This document shows, piece by piece, positions 37,639-48,130 of a stretch of 59,745 bases of DNA. The stretch's first letter is position 1, and each line of letters starts with the position of its first letter. Both the position numbers and the translations under genes were made by a program. The stretch is from NCBI GenBank assembly GCA_964422195.1, contig CAYRAF010000002.1, forward strand, positions 3,513 through 63,257, given 5' to 3'. The stretch is from an uncultured Muribaculaceae bacterium (lineage in GTDB: Bacteria; Bacillota_I; Bacilli_A; RF39; UBA660). The notes under the pieces are model-generated. The model worked only from the letters and a program-made list of their open reading frames with translations. It did not search any database and was not told where the DNA came from.

Positions 37639-39378
37639 ATGAAAAAATTAAAAGAATATTTACCTCTATGGGATCTTATAAAAAAAGATAAAATTAAGTT
37701 GTTATTTGCCTCAATAATAATTTTCATTGCTGGATTAAGTAGTATCTTTACAGGGTATTTAAATGGTGCGGCAATAGAAGCAGTAACTAATAATTCTATA
37801 AAAAATGCCATAACATATTTAGGAATTTATTTCTTCATAGAATTGTTTGTTGAAGGATATTTATACTTATTAGGTCACAAAATGTTATTAAAAGTAGAAA
37901 GCAAACTAACTAGAACTATTAGTTTTGAAGCATATAAAAAATCACTAAATCTTCCTGCGGTGGCATATGAAAAATATTCATCTGGTGAAATTATAAACAG
38001 GATTACTAGTGATGCAGAAACATTAAGTTTTACTTTTAAACAATTACTTGAAATGGTAGCTCACCTAATTAGTACAATCATAATATTTATATATATTTTA
38101 TTTAACTCAATTATTATAAGCTTATATATTTTATTATTTATGTTAGTTCTAATAATTGTAGTAAAAAAATATACACCTATTATGAAAAAAGTTAATAAAG
38201 AAAGAAAAAAAGGTCAAGATAGGTTTGTAGCAATAACAACAGAATCCATAAGAGGTATAAGAGAAATAAAAACATTAGGAATTAAACATAATCTAATAAA
38301 AGACGTAAGAGATATTATAAAATACTTATTAAATAAGTCATATAAAGAAGTAGATGTTGATAATAAATTTAGAATAATTACTAAAACTTTAAGAGCCACT
38401 ATGGAAGTTGGTACATTTATACTTTGTGCCATATTAGTTTATTATCAACAAATATCTCTAACATTCTTTATAGCAATGACATACTATATATATAGATTTA
38501 TGTATTTAATTGATTCTATTGAAGGGTTAACACAAACATATCAGAGAGTATCAGTTGCCTTAGGTAGAGTTAATGAAATACTACAAAATAGATTATATAA
38601 TGATGTTAAATTTGGTAATAAAAAACTTGTTAATCCAAAAGGAATTATTGAGTTTAAAAATGTATCATTTGCTTATCCAAAAGAAAAGCAAACACTTAAT
38701 GATTTTAGCTTATCTATAGAGAGTAATAAAAAAATTGCTATTGTAGGTAAATCAGGTCAAGGAAAATCAACTTTATTTAATTTAATTACTAGAATATTTG
38801 ATGCTAAAAAAGGTAAAATTACTATTGATGGTATTAATATTAAAGAAATATGTGAAGATGATTTAAGAAAAGAAGTATCTATTATTAGGCAAGAACCATT
38901 TATTTTTAATAGATCAATCAAAGATAATTTTAAACTTATAAATCCAAAATTAACATTAGAACAAATAAGAAAATATACAAAGATGGCTTACTTAGATGAT
39001 TATATAATGTCCCTACCAAAAGGTTATGATACCCTTCTTGGTGAAGGAGGAGTCAATCTTTCTGGAGGACAAAAACAAAGACTTTCTATTGCAAGAACTC
39101 TTGCTAAAGAAAGTAAAATAATTTTATTTGATGAAGCAACAAGTGCCTTAGATAATGAATCACAAGAATATATCAAAAAATCAATTGATAATTTAATAAA
39201 GGATCATACTGTAGTAATTGTAGCTCACAGACTTTCAACTATCATAGATGCAGATATTATTCATGTTGTAGATCAAGGAAAAATAGTTGCTAGTGGTAAA
39301 CATGAAGAATTATTAAAAAATAGTAAAATCTATAAAAATTTATACGAAACTGAATCTTTAAATTCAAAAGAGATCTAA
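37639..39378 (+). CDS. ABC exporter, fused TMD-NBD half transporter (MsbA/LmrA/BmrCD class)
   Basis: A six-TM N-terminal domain, then Walker A GKSGQGKST, signature LSGGQKQR and Walker B ILFDEATSALD. Confidence 0.85.
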   Translation: MKKLKEYLPLWDLIKKDKIKLLFASIIIFIAGLSSIFTGYLNGAAIEAVTNNSIKNAITYLGIYFFIELFVEGYLYLLGHKMLLKVESKLTRTISFEAYKKSLNLPAVAYEKYSSGEIINRITSDAETLSFTFKQLLEMVAHLISTIIIFIYILFNSIIISLYILLFMLVLIIVVKKYTPIMKKVNKERKKGQDRFVAITTESIRGIREIKTLGIKHNLIKDVRDIIKYLLNKSYKEVDVDNKFRIITKTLRATMEVGTFILCAILVYYQQISLTFFIAMTYYIYRFMYLIDSIEGLTQTYQRVSVALGRVNEILQNRLYNDVKFGNKKLVNPKGIIEFKNVSFAYPKEKQTLNDFSLSIESNKKIAIVGKSGQGKSTLFNLITRIFDAKKGKITIDGINIKEICEDDLRKEVSIIRQEPFIFNRSIKDNFKLINPKLTLEQIRKYTKMAYLDDYIMSLPKGYDTLLGEGGVNLSGGQKQRLSIARTLAKESKIILFDEATSALDNESQEYIKKSIDNLIKDHTVVIVAHRLSTIIDADIIHVVDQGKIVASGKHEELLKNSKIYKNLYETESLNSKEI

Positions 39379-39390
39379 ATAGATCTCTTT

Positions 39391-40548
39391 TTATATACTC
39401 GCAGTTAATACTTCCATAATATTCCTTATATATAATCCAAGTATATTAATTTTATCTAAATCTTCACTAACCGTTACTAATGATTTAGTAATAATATTAT
39501 TATTTTTATCTTTTAATAGTACCCTCCCTACAGTATCACCTTTTTTTATAGGAAGTTTTATATCATCTAGTCTTAATTCAGTACTATACTTAATATCTTT
39601 ATCAGTCTTTTTCTTAAATAAAGATATATCATCTTTTAAAATAATATCAACTTTATCTTTTACTGATTTATCTAAAGTTAATGTATCTATTTTTGTCTTA
39701 GCCTTTTTAATAACATTAACTTCATACAGATCAAACCCATAATCCAATAAACCCATAGTCTCAGCATTTCTAACTTTACTATTTTCTTCTCCTAATACTA
39801 TAGCAATTAATCTCATATTATTTCTATTTGCAGTTGCTGCTAAACAATAACCTGCGGCATCAGTATGTCCCGTTTTCAATCCATCAGCGCCATTATATTG
39901 CTTTATTAATTTGTTTGTATTAACTAACCAAAATTTATTATCAGTATCCTTTCTTAAATAATCTTCATAAATAGAGGAAAATTCTAATATTTCTTTATGA
40001 GATAATAATTCTCTAGCTATTATTGATAAATCTCTAGCTGTAGAATAATGATTATCTATATCCAATCCTGTTGCATTAGAAAAATGTGTGTTTTTAAGAC
40101 CCAAATCTTTTACTTTTTTATTCATTAATTTTACAAATTCATTCTCACTACCAGCAATTGTCTCAGCTAAAGCAACAGTTGCATCATTGGCACTTGCTAC
40201 TGACACACCTTTAAATAAATCTTTTACACTCATTTTTTCATTTGGTTGTAAATATATTTGTGATCCTCCAAATGAAGCAGCGTTTTCTGATACAGTTACT
40301 ATATCATCCCATTTTAATTTGCTATTCTCAATATTTTCTAATATTATTATTTGAGCAACCATTTTAGTAAGAGATGCAACTGCAACTTTTTTATCAGGAT
40401 TTTTTTCAAAAATAACAGTATTTGTTTTATTATCTATAAGTATCCCACTTTTTGCATTAACAATTAAATTAGCATCATTTGTTTGAGCACTTACAAATAA
40501 TGGCATAAATATAGATAAACAAAGCATTATAATAATAAATCTTTTCAT
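39391..40548 (-). CDS. dacF: D-alanyl-D-alanine carboxypeptidase (S11, PBP5/DacF-like)
   Basis: Signal peptide plus the SxxK (ASLTK), SxN (SAND) and KTG (KTGHT) motifs. The symbol is tentative and based on proximity to the spoIIA genes. Confidence 0.75.
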   Translation of the reverse strand: MKRFIIIMLCLSIFMPLFVSAQTNDANLIVNAKSGILIDNKTNTVIFEKNPDKKVAVASLTKMVAQIIILENIENSKLKWDDIVTVSENAASFGGSQIYLQPNEKMSVKDLFKGVSVASANDATVALAETIAGSENEFVKLMNKKVKDLGLKNTHFSNATGLDIDNHYSTARDLSIIARELLSHKEILEFSSIYEDYLRKDTDNKFWLVNTNKLIKQYNGADGLKTGHTDAAGYCLAATANRNNMRLIAIVLGEENSKVRNAETMGLLDYGFDLYEVNVIKKAKTKIDTLTLDKSVKDKVDIILKDDISLFKKKTDKDIKYSTELRLDDIKLPIKKGDTVGRVLLKDKNNNIITKSLVTVSEDLDKINILGLYIRNIMEVLTASI

Positions 40549-40610
40549 ATTTCCACCTCTATTAACTATTATGTAATATAGAATAAATTTATTAAAAAGG
40601 ATGATTAAAT

Positions 40611-41423
40611 ATGAAAAAATTAATTATTATTATATTAACAATTGTTATTATTTTGACTACTTATATAGCTAGTTTTAATAAAGATAAAGGTAAAGATAAT
40701 AGATATATATTAGATATTAAAAAGAATTATAAATACTATAAAGAAGAAAACAAAAATAGATATATAAAATATAAGCAATCACATTATAATTTAAAAGATG
40801 AAGATATTATTACTAGAGTTAATTTAAATCTAGATAAGGATTTTTATACTAATACAAGACCTAGTAAATATTTAAATAGTAGTTACATTCTAATAAATAA
40901 ATACTTATTTTTAGAAAAAAATTATGTCCCAGCTGATTTAAAAAAAATTGATATATGTACAAAAGGAAATATTTATTTAGTAAATGAAGCATTAATAGAG
41001 TTTCAAAAAATGTGCATTGATATGAAAAAAGAAAACTTAAGTATTAGAGCAATATCTGCATATAGAGATTATAATTATCAACTTAATTTATATAATAAAT
41101 ATTTAGTTCATGATAGTAAAAAAAATGTTGATACATATTCAGCTCGTCCAGGATTTTCAGAACATCAAAGTGGATTAGTCATTGATATTGATAATACTAT
41201 TACTAACTTTGATGATTTTGAATCAACTGATGAATTTATATGGATGCGTGATAATGCATATAAATATGGATATATATTAAGATACCCAAAAGGAAAAGAA
41301 AATATAACTGGATATCAATACGAAGCTTGGCACTATAGATATGTTGGTAAAAAAATAGCTACATACATAAAAAAACATAATATCACTTTCGATGAATATT
41401 ATGTTAGATTTATTGATTATTAA
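40611..41423 (+). CDS. M15B (VanY-type) D,D-carboxypeptidase
   Basis: N-terminal TM anchor. Motifs SAYRDY, SEHQSGLVIDI and EAWHYRYVG. Confidence 0.8.
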   Translation: MKKLIIIILTIVIILTTYIASFNKDKGKDNRYILDIKKNYKYYKEENKNRYIKYKQSHYNLKDEDIITRVNLNLDKDFYTNTRPSKYLNSSYILINKYLFLEKNYVPADLKKIDICTKGNIYLVNEALIEFQKMCIDMKKENLSIRAISAYRDYNYQLNLYNKYLVHDSKKNVDTYSARPGFSEHQSGLVIDIDNTITNFDDFESTDEFIWMRDNAYKYGYILRYPKGKENITGYQYEAWHYRYVGKKIATYIKKHNITFDEYYVRFIDY

Positions 41424-42252
41424 CTTCTTCTAATAACTTTTTATTTTTTTCATATTGATTAGCATTTAATGCCATTCCAATTACAAAAACATACGCTAAT
41501 AAATATATCCATAACATTAAGATTAAAATATTAGCAACACTACCATAGAATAAATCATATTTATTAAATACCCCAATATAGATTGAATATACTTCTGTTG
41601 CTAATATCCATATAATTGTTGTAAAGATTGATCCTTTAGTAGTTGTATGACTACCTATATTTTTATCTGGGGCCATAGTATATAGTAACTTTATACTTAT
41701 AAATATGAATATTAATGAAATTGGATATTTTAAAATACTATATATTATCTTTATTAAATTACTATCAGCAGATGTATTTAAAGCATCGCTTAATAAGTCT
41801 ATAATAAAATCACCAAAAATTGGAACAATAATCAAAAACATTAATAGAAATACTAGGATAATTGTCATAAGAAGTGCCTTTATTCTTCTTGATAAATAAT
41901 CCTTGTTTGGAAGTTTATATATTGAATTAGAAGCTACAATCATTGAATGTGTACCATTACTAGCAAGTAAGAAAGCTGAAAAATAGAATATCGCCATATT
42001 GGTACCAACGCTTTTTCCAACTGTTAATAAATCTATTGCTTCTTTAACTGCATCAGGTATAGTTATAGCAAATAAGTTTTCTAAAGTTAATAAAGACATA
42101 TCAAACGATGAAGCAATAGCTCCTATTAAAGCAATTAAAGGAATTAAAGACAGAAGAAAAAAGAATGATAATTGTCCTGGCAATACCTTCATTTCTGGTT
42201 TTTGAATAATCTTATATATGGATTTTAACATTCTTTTAGTTCTTTTTTTCAT
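41410..42252 (-). CDS. YihY/BrkB-family membrane protein
   Basis: Six-TM protein with an N-terminal LSFFFLLSLIPLI motif typical of YihY. Confidence 0.7.
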   Translation of the reverse strand: MKKRTKRMLKSIYKIIQKPEMKVLPGQLSFFFLLSLIPLIALIGAIASSFDMSLLTLENLFAITIPDAVKEAIDLLTVGKSVGTNMAIFYFSAFLLASNGTHSMIVASNSIYKLPNKDYLSRRIKALLMTIILVFLLMFLIIVPIFGDFIIDLLSDALNTSADSNLIKIIYSILKYPISLIFIFISIKLLYTMAPDKNIGSHTTTKGSIFTTIIWILATEVYSIYIGVFNKYDLFYGSVANILILMLWIYLLAYVFVIGMALNANQYEKNKKLLEEVNNQ

Positions 42253-42260
42253 ATACTCCC

Positions 42261-44300
42261 CTACTTATAATCTTCTTTTTTATTTTTCATTTCTAAAGTT
42301 GCTTCTGAAATAGCATCATCTATAGTTTTAATATCATCTTTAATCATACTATATCCTATAGAAGCACCAAACCCATATGGTAATTTTTTCAATTCTTTAG
42401 ATAACTTCTTAGTATAGTTTTCTATTTGTGACTCACTATACCCAATAGTATAAATTAAGAACTCATTACCATTTGTTCTAACAATTTCACTATTCTCAAG
42501 TTGAGTATTAACAAGTGTAGATGCTGCTTTTATTATTAATTCATCACCTGCATCATAACCATGATTATCATTAACATATTGCACGTTATTTAAATCAATC
42601 ATAATAATTGATTGAGGTAATACTTTACAATCATCCCATTTATTAATATTTAAATTTAGATAATTTCTATTTTTTAGTGCTGTTAGCATATCAGTATATT
42701 TAACTCTTTCTTCTTTTTTAACTTGTTTTACTTTACGTTTGTTTTTACCATAAGCAATTACACCTATAACTACAAATAATAATACAAGTAAACATATAAA
42801 TACAGTTATTAATACTTTAGAGAAAGATGAAGTATCAAATTTATGCTCTGTTAAACTAATTAATCCACTATTTCTATATTTATAATATGAGTTAGTATTG
42901 ATTATATAATTAAATAATTTATAGAACGTCTCATTATCATTATTAACTTTAAAATTATATTCACTAGTAATAACATCAGTATATAAAACTTCATACTTTT
43001 TAAATGTTGTGTTTTTATAATATGAATATAATTCTTTATCTATTGCAATCATACTTGATGATTTTTTATCAACTAGGTCTTTTATTTTGTCAACTGTTGT
43101 TATATTAGCTCTACTATTTTTTTCAAAATATTTTGTAATTAGTGAAGATTTTAACATTTTCACTTCTTCATTCTTAATACTCTCGAAAGAAGTTACAATA
43201 TGATCATCTTTAACTTTTCCTAATACTACATAACTCTCAATAAAAGGAGATACAGTAGAAGAATAATTAACATTACTAATACCATAATAATCAAAATATA
43301 CATCTACTTTTCCCTTACTAATAGCATCTTTAAGTTCATCAATATTTTTATATTTCTTATATTTAAATTCAATATCCGATAGTCTACTAATCCTATCGAT
43401 GTATTCCATGGCTATACCTTTTACTTTTTTACCCTTTGTAACCTCATATGGAGGGTTTTCAATATATCCATATACATATGATTTAGATATTAATTCTGTT
43501 TTTACTTTATCAGAAACATCATTCTTATCTAAATAATAATTAAGAAGTTCTGTATTATAATCAGTTACAAATTTATTATCTTTCCATTTTGTAAAATGTT
43601 TTTTTATAATACTGTTTAATATTTTATTATTATTAGATAAAGTTAATACAGCTTTCTTTGATAAATCTGTAAAATAATAATTAACGTAATATTTATCAGA
43701 TGAAATTATTTTTTCTAAATATCGCATATATGGTACAACAATCATATCTACTTTAGTATTATCTAATCCTTTATATAAAGAGCTTACATCATCATAAGAA
43801 ACATATGTTAAATTAGCACTACTTTTTAAATAATACCCAACTTCAGACATATCATCATCTAAAACACCAACTTTTAAATTGTTAATATCTGACTCCTTAG
43901 CTATTGTCATAGGACTAGTAGATATTGCTACATAGCTATCAGTAAATAATAATAAATCGTTTTTACCTAATTCTTCATCATTATTTAAAATATGAATACT
44001 ATAATCACTAGATGTTTTCTCAGTATCTAATAATGGCACTTTATTAAACGCTAGACCTGTTGTATTTTCTAAATTATTTATATAATTAAAAAATACACCT
44101 GTACCATCCATGCCATAAACTGGATAATTATTAACTATATCAAAATCAATTTTTGATGATTTATGATCTTCTATCCATTGTTTTTCTTTTAATGTAAAAT
44201 TAGTCTTTTTATTCTGGTTATTAAAGTACAAGAATACACCTAAAAAAGCAACTAAAAATACTAATATAGGTAATACTATAAAAATATACTTTTTTTTCAT
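42261..44300 (-). CDS. membrane sensor with two extracytoplasmic solute-binding-like domains and a degenerate GGDEF domain
   Basis: N-terminal TM helix, about 480 aa outside the membrane, a second TM helix, then LTALKNRNYL...IDLNN..YVNDNHGYDAGDELI...RTNGNEFLIY. The signature is NGNEF instead of GG[DE]EF. Confidence 0.7.
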   Translation of the reverse strand: MKKKYIFIVLPILVFLVAFLGVFLYFNNQNKKTNFTLKEKQWIEDHKSSKIDFDIVNNYPVYGMDGTGVFFNYINNLENTTGLAFNKVPLLDTEKTSSDYSIHILNNDEELGKNDLLLFTDSYVAISTSPMTIAKESDINNLKVGVLDDDMSEVGYYLKSSANLTYVSYDDVSSLYKGLDNTKVDMIVVPYMRYLEKIISSDKYYVNYYFTDLSKKAVLTLSNNNKILNSIIKKHFTKWKDNKFVTDYNTELLNYYLDKNDVSDKVKTELISKSYVYGYIENPPYEVTKGKKVKGIAMEYIDRISRLSDIEFKYKKYKNIDELKDAISKGKVDVYFDYYGISNVNYSSTVSPFIESYVVLGKVKDDHIVTSFESIKNEEVKMLKSSLITKYFEKNSRANITTVDKIKDLVDKKSSSMIAIDKELYSYYKNTTFKKYEVLYTDVITSEYNFKVNNDNETFYKLFNYIINTNSYYKYRNSGLISLTEHKFDTSSFSKVLITVFICLLVLLFVVIGVIAYGKNKRKVKQVKKEERVKYTDMLTALKNRNYLNLNINKWDDCKVLPQSIIMIDLNNVQYVNDNHGYDAGDELIIKAASTLVNTQLENSEIVRTNGNEFLIYTIGYSESQIENYTKKLSKELKKLPYGFGASIGYSMIKDDIKTIDDAISEATLEMKNKKEDYK

Positions 44301-44767
44301 TAATTGTCACCTCTATCTTTAGTATAACTAAAACTAGAAGATGAAGATTTTTTATATCCGATTATTGGAAAAGACTTTTTATTTTTATCCTCATTCTTTA
44401 CGAATACTTGAAAATCATAAAATGCCACCTGATCTTTTTCAAAGTAACTTGTTACTTTATTAGCTAACTCTTTAGCACCACTTACTGTAGTAGAACTATT
44501 AACAGTTATGGTTACATTAACTATTTTTCCTTGAATATTATAAGTAACATCCTTAACATTACTATTTTTCTTTATTTTATTCTTCATATCTTCAGTTTGT
44601 TTTTTTGAAATTTCAACCTCTTCTATACCATCTAATCTATTACCATAAGAAGGTTTCATAGAGTTATCCGTAAAAAATATAAACATACTTACTACCAATA
44701 TTATTATTAATATTAATATAATAGCTATTAATAATTTAACTTTATTTTTTAATATCTTATTTATCAT
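44300..44767 (-). CDS. hypothetical membrane-anchored protein
   Basis: N-terminal TM helix. Start and stop are coupled to the neighbouring genes. Confidence 0.5.
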   Translation of the reverse strand: MINKILKNKVKLLIAIILILIIILVVSMFIFFTDNSMKPSYGNRLDGIEEVEISKKQTEDMKNKIKKNSNVKDVTYNIQGKIVNVTITVNSSTTVSGAKELANKVTSYFEKDQVAFYDFQVFVKNEDKNKKSFPIIGYKKSSSSSFSYTKDRGDN

Positions 44768-44823
44768 ACTTATCTAACCACTCCTCGTATTATATTATAC
44801 AATAGTTTTTTCTAATAATCAAT

Positions 44824-45411
44824 TTATTTTATAAAGGCGTTTTTAACTATAACTTTATTAGGATTTTGCTTAAAATCTTTTACAATTCCTACAATAGTTA
44901 TATTATCACCAACTTGATATTTACTAAAATCTATTGTCTTATAAAAATATATATCCATTTTAATATCATATTTGCTACTTTCATCATCATAAGTAAACCT
45001 CATCATATTCTTATCTTTATCTATATATGATATTCTATCATTGATTAATATATACTTATCTCTAAAAGCATTGGTTGTATTTTTAGTATTATCAATATAT
45101 TCTACTGCCATATCAAACAAATCAATTCTTAATGGATCATTATCATATTTTAATGACCATGTTCCAAGCACAGTATCATATTTACCACCAATTTCCTTAT
45201 ATTTAATTACTTTATAGAAAAGGCCATAATATTCTTCTGTCCCTGTATCATATTTCTTAGTATTAATAGCAAACAACGGCCCTGTATTAAACTTTTTTAC
45301 TAACAAAGTATCAATAAAAGCTAAAGCAAACAATACTATTAACACAAGTAAAATAGTACTAACTATCCTATAAAATACATTTAAAGCTTTAGAATTATTA
45401 TACTTTTTCAT
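44824..45411 (-). CDS. hypothetical membrane-anchored protein
   Basis: N-terminal TM helix. Overlaps the ligA stop. Confidence 0.5.
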   Translation of the reverse strand: MKKYNNSKALNVFYRIVSTILLVLIVLFALAFIDTLLVKKFNTGPLFAINTKKYDTGTEEYYGLFYKVIKYKEIGGKYDTVLGTWSLKYDNDPLRIDLFDMAVEYIDNTKNTTNAFRDKYILINDRISYIDKDKNMMRFTYDDESSKYDIKMDIYFYKTIDFSKYQVGDNITIVGIVKDFKQNPNKVIVKNAFIK

Positions 45412-47404
45412 TTATATCACCAACCTTTTTTATAAACTCTTCTTCATCCCAAATAGTTATACCCAATTCTTTTGCTTTATCATACTTACTACCAGGATTA
45501 TCACCAACTACAACTACATCTGTATTTTTACTTACTGAAGAAGTTGTGGATCCTCCAAATTTACCAATTAAATCAGAAGCTTCTTTTCTGGTGATATTTG
45601 TTAATGATCCTGTTAAAACGAAAACCTTATTATGAAAATCTTCTTTAATATCCATTATTTCCTCATCTTGTTTCATATTCAAACCTAAATCTTTTAATCT
45701 GTTGATAAGTTCAATATTAGCATCATTTTTAAAGTATTCAACTACACTCTTAGCAATTATTTCCCCAATATCTCTATTATTCTTTAAATCATCATATGTA
45801 GCGTTCATAATATTATCAATATTTTTATATTTAACAGCTAATATTTTTGCCGTTTTTTTACCAACATATCTTATTCCTAAAGCAAACAATAAATTAGCTA
45901 GAGGCATGTTCTTAGAGTTTTCTATACTAGCAAGCAGATTATCTATACTCTTATTTCCAAATCCTTCTAACTCTATTAATTCTTCTCTATAGTCTTTTAA
46001 ATTATATATATCTGTTATTTCTTTTATAAAATTCATATTATAAAAATCTTCAATAATTCTTTCTCCCAATCCATCAATATTCATTGTATCCCTAGAAACA
46101 AAATGAACTAATCCTTCTATCTTTCTAGAATCACAATTTTCATTAGGGCAAAAATAATTAGCATCTTTCTTTACTAAATTAGTATTGCAGATAGGACAAT
46201 TATGAATCATATTAAATCCTTCTAACTCTTGTGTTCTTCTTTCCTTTTTTACTTCTACTACTTCAGGAATAACATCACCAGCTTTTCTAACAGATATTAC
46301 ATCACCTACTCTAATGTCTTTTTCCAATACATAATCTTCGTTATGTAAAGTTGCTTTAGAAATAATAGAACCAGCAACATGGACAGGATCAAAAATAGCA
46401 TTTGGTGTTATTTTACCTGTTCTTCCTACAGTAAATTTAATATCTTTTAAAGTAGTTAATACTTCCATAGCAGGAAATTTATAAGCAATACCCCATCTAG
46501 GAACTCTATTTGTAGTACCTAGCTCAACTTCATCCTTAACATCATTTACTTTTAATACCACTCCATCTATTTCAAATGGTAAGCCATCTCTTTTTGAACC
46601 TATTTCTTCAATATATTCAAGAACTTCCTTTATATTACTTGCGACTTTATTTAGCTTATAATTAGTCACAAAACCTAATTCTTTTAAATAATCTAAAGCT
46701 TCACTTTGTCTTTTTAAATTGTACTTATCACAGTTTTGAATAAAGTAAGCCATAAAATCCAAATTTCTTTTAGCTGCTACTTTACTATCTAATTGTCTTA
46801 CTGAACCAGCAGCCGCATTTCTAGGATTAGCAAATAATTTCTCCCCTTTATTTTTTCTTTCAATATTACATTTTTCAAAAGCTTTCTTACTCATATAGAT
46901 TTCTCCACGAACTTCTATATCTATTTTTTCACGTAATACTAAAGGTATAGATTTAATAGTTTTAATATTCTCAGTAATATCTTCTCCTACTATACCATCT
47001 CCTCTAGTTGCACCCCTAACTAATTTCCCATTTTTATATATTAATGATCCTGATAAACCATCCATTTTTGGTTCAACTGTATAAACTGGATGATTAACAG
47101 TTTTTCTTACTCTTTCATCAAACTTAACAATTTCATCTTCATTAAAAACATCATCATAAGAAAGCATAGGTTCTTCATGCTCTACTTTAGAAAAACTATC
47201 TAGTACCTTACCACCAACTCTTGTAGTTGGAGAATCTTCTCTCTTTAAATCAGGATAATTACTTTCTAGCTTTAAAAGCTCATTATAATAATCATCATAT
47301 TCTTGATCTGTTATAGTAGGCATATCTAGAACATAATATTCATAACTAGCTTGATTAATTTTCTCAATTAACTCATCCATTCTTTTTTCTATCACACTTA
47401 TCAC
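45398..47404 (-). CDS. ligA: NAD-dependent DNA ligase
   Basis: Adenylation motif KMDG, a four-Cys zinc finger (CPICN...CPNENC), and HhH and BRCT regions. Confidence 0.9.
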   Translation of the reverse strand: MISVIEKRMDELIEKINQASYEYYVLDMPTITDQEYDDYYNELLKLESNYPDLKREDSPTTRVGGKVLDSFSKVEHEEPMLSYDDVFNEDEIVKFDERVRKTVNHPVYTVEPKMDGLSGSLIYKNGKLVRGATRGDGIVGEDITENIKTIKSIPLVLREKIDIEVRGEIYMSKKAFEKCNIERKNKGEKLFANPRNAAAGSVRQLDSKVAAKRNLDFMAYFIQNCDKYNLKRQSEALDYLKELGFVTNYKLNKVASNIKEVLEYIEEIGSKRDGLPFEIDGVVLKVNDVKDEVELGTTNRVPRWGIAYKFPAMEVLTTLKDIKFTVGRTGKITPNAIFDPVHVAGSIISKATLHNEDYVLEKDIRVGDVISVRKAGDVIPEVVEVKKERRTQELEGFNMIHNCPICNTNLVKKDANYFCPNENCDSRKIEGLVHFVSRDTMNIDGLGERIIEDFYNMNFIKEITDIYNLKDYREELIELEGFGNKSIDNLLASIENSKNMPLANLLFALGIRYVGKKTAKILAVKYKNIDNIMNATYDDLKNNRDIGEIIAKSVVEYFKNDANIELINRLKDLGLNMKQDEEIMDIKEDFHNKVFVLTGSLTNITRKEASDLIGKFGGSTTSSVSKNTDVVVVGDNPGSKYDKAKELGITIWDEEEFIKKVGDINEKV

Positions 47405-47491
47405 CTATAAATATTATACCAAATATAATTGCAAAAGAAAAAGAATAATACTATTTTATTCTTATCTTTTGATAATACATTTATATAATTA

Positions 47492-48052
47492 TTAATCCTT
47501 GGTTTTTAAATAAACTTTTTCTTTTTCTAATTTATTCAAATTATTATTTTTAAAATCATCTCTGGCTTTTTGATAAATAGCATCCATAGCAGTTTTAGAA
47601 TAATATTCTCTTATAATATGATCTTTTGGTTGCTTTTTATCATAATAATCCAAATAATCTGTTAGTTTTAATGCAAATAAAATATCAGGACCTGTTCTTG
47701 ATAATACTTTATTTGTATTTTTATCTATATAAACAGTACCCATAACTTCATTTTCATTAATTTCTGTATAACAATACTCATATCGTTGATCTCCATACTC
47801 TTCTCTATCTGCAAGCGTAATTCTTTTAACTATAAATATACTTTCTCCATATTTTACACCATCTAAACAAATAATATAATAATCATACATTTCTAAATCT
47901 TTATAACTTACTGCGTTAGGATCTTCTGGTAATGTTTCTACTACTGATGGTATTATTTGTTTCTGTGTACAACCAGTAAAAGATGTTAATACAACTAATC
48001 CTAATGATACTTCAAATACCCTTTTTGCAATTTTTAAGTTTTTTATTGCCAT
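47492..48052 (-). CDS. hypothetical lipoprotein
   Basis: Signal peptide with lipobox LTSFTGC. Confidence 0.6.
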   Translation of the reverse strand: MAIKNLKIAKRVFEVSLGLVVLTSFTGCTQKQIIPSVVETLPEDPNAVSYKDLEMYDYYIICLDGVKYGESIFIVKRITLADREEYGDQRYEYCYTEINENEVMGTVYIDKNTNKVLSRTGPDILFALKLTDYLDYYDKKQPKDHIIREYYSKTAMDAIYQKARDDFKNNNLNKLEKEKVYLKTKD

Positions 48053-48130
48053 ATTCTCACCTTTTCTTTCTTTGGCAGCTTCATTAGTATAACAAAAACT
48101 TTTTTTATGTGCAATAAAAAAGAAAATATT

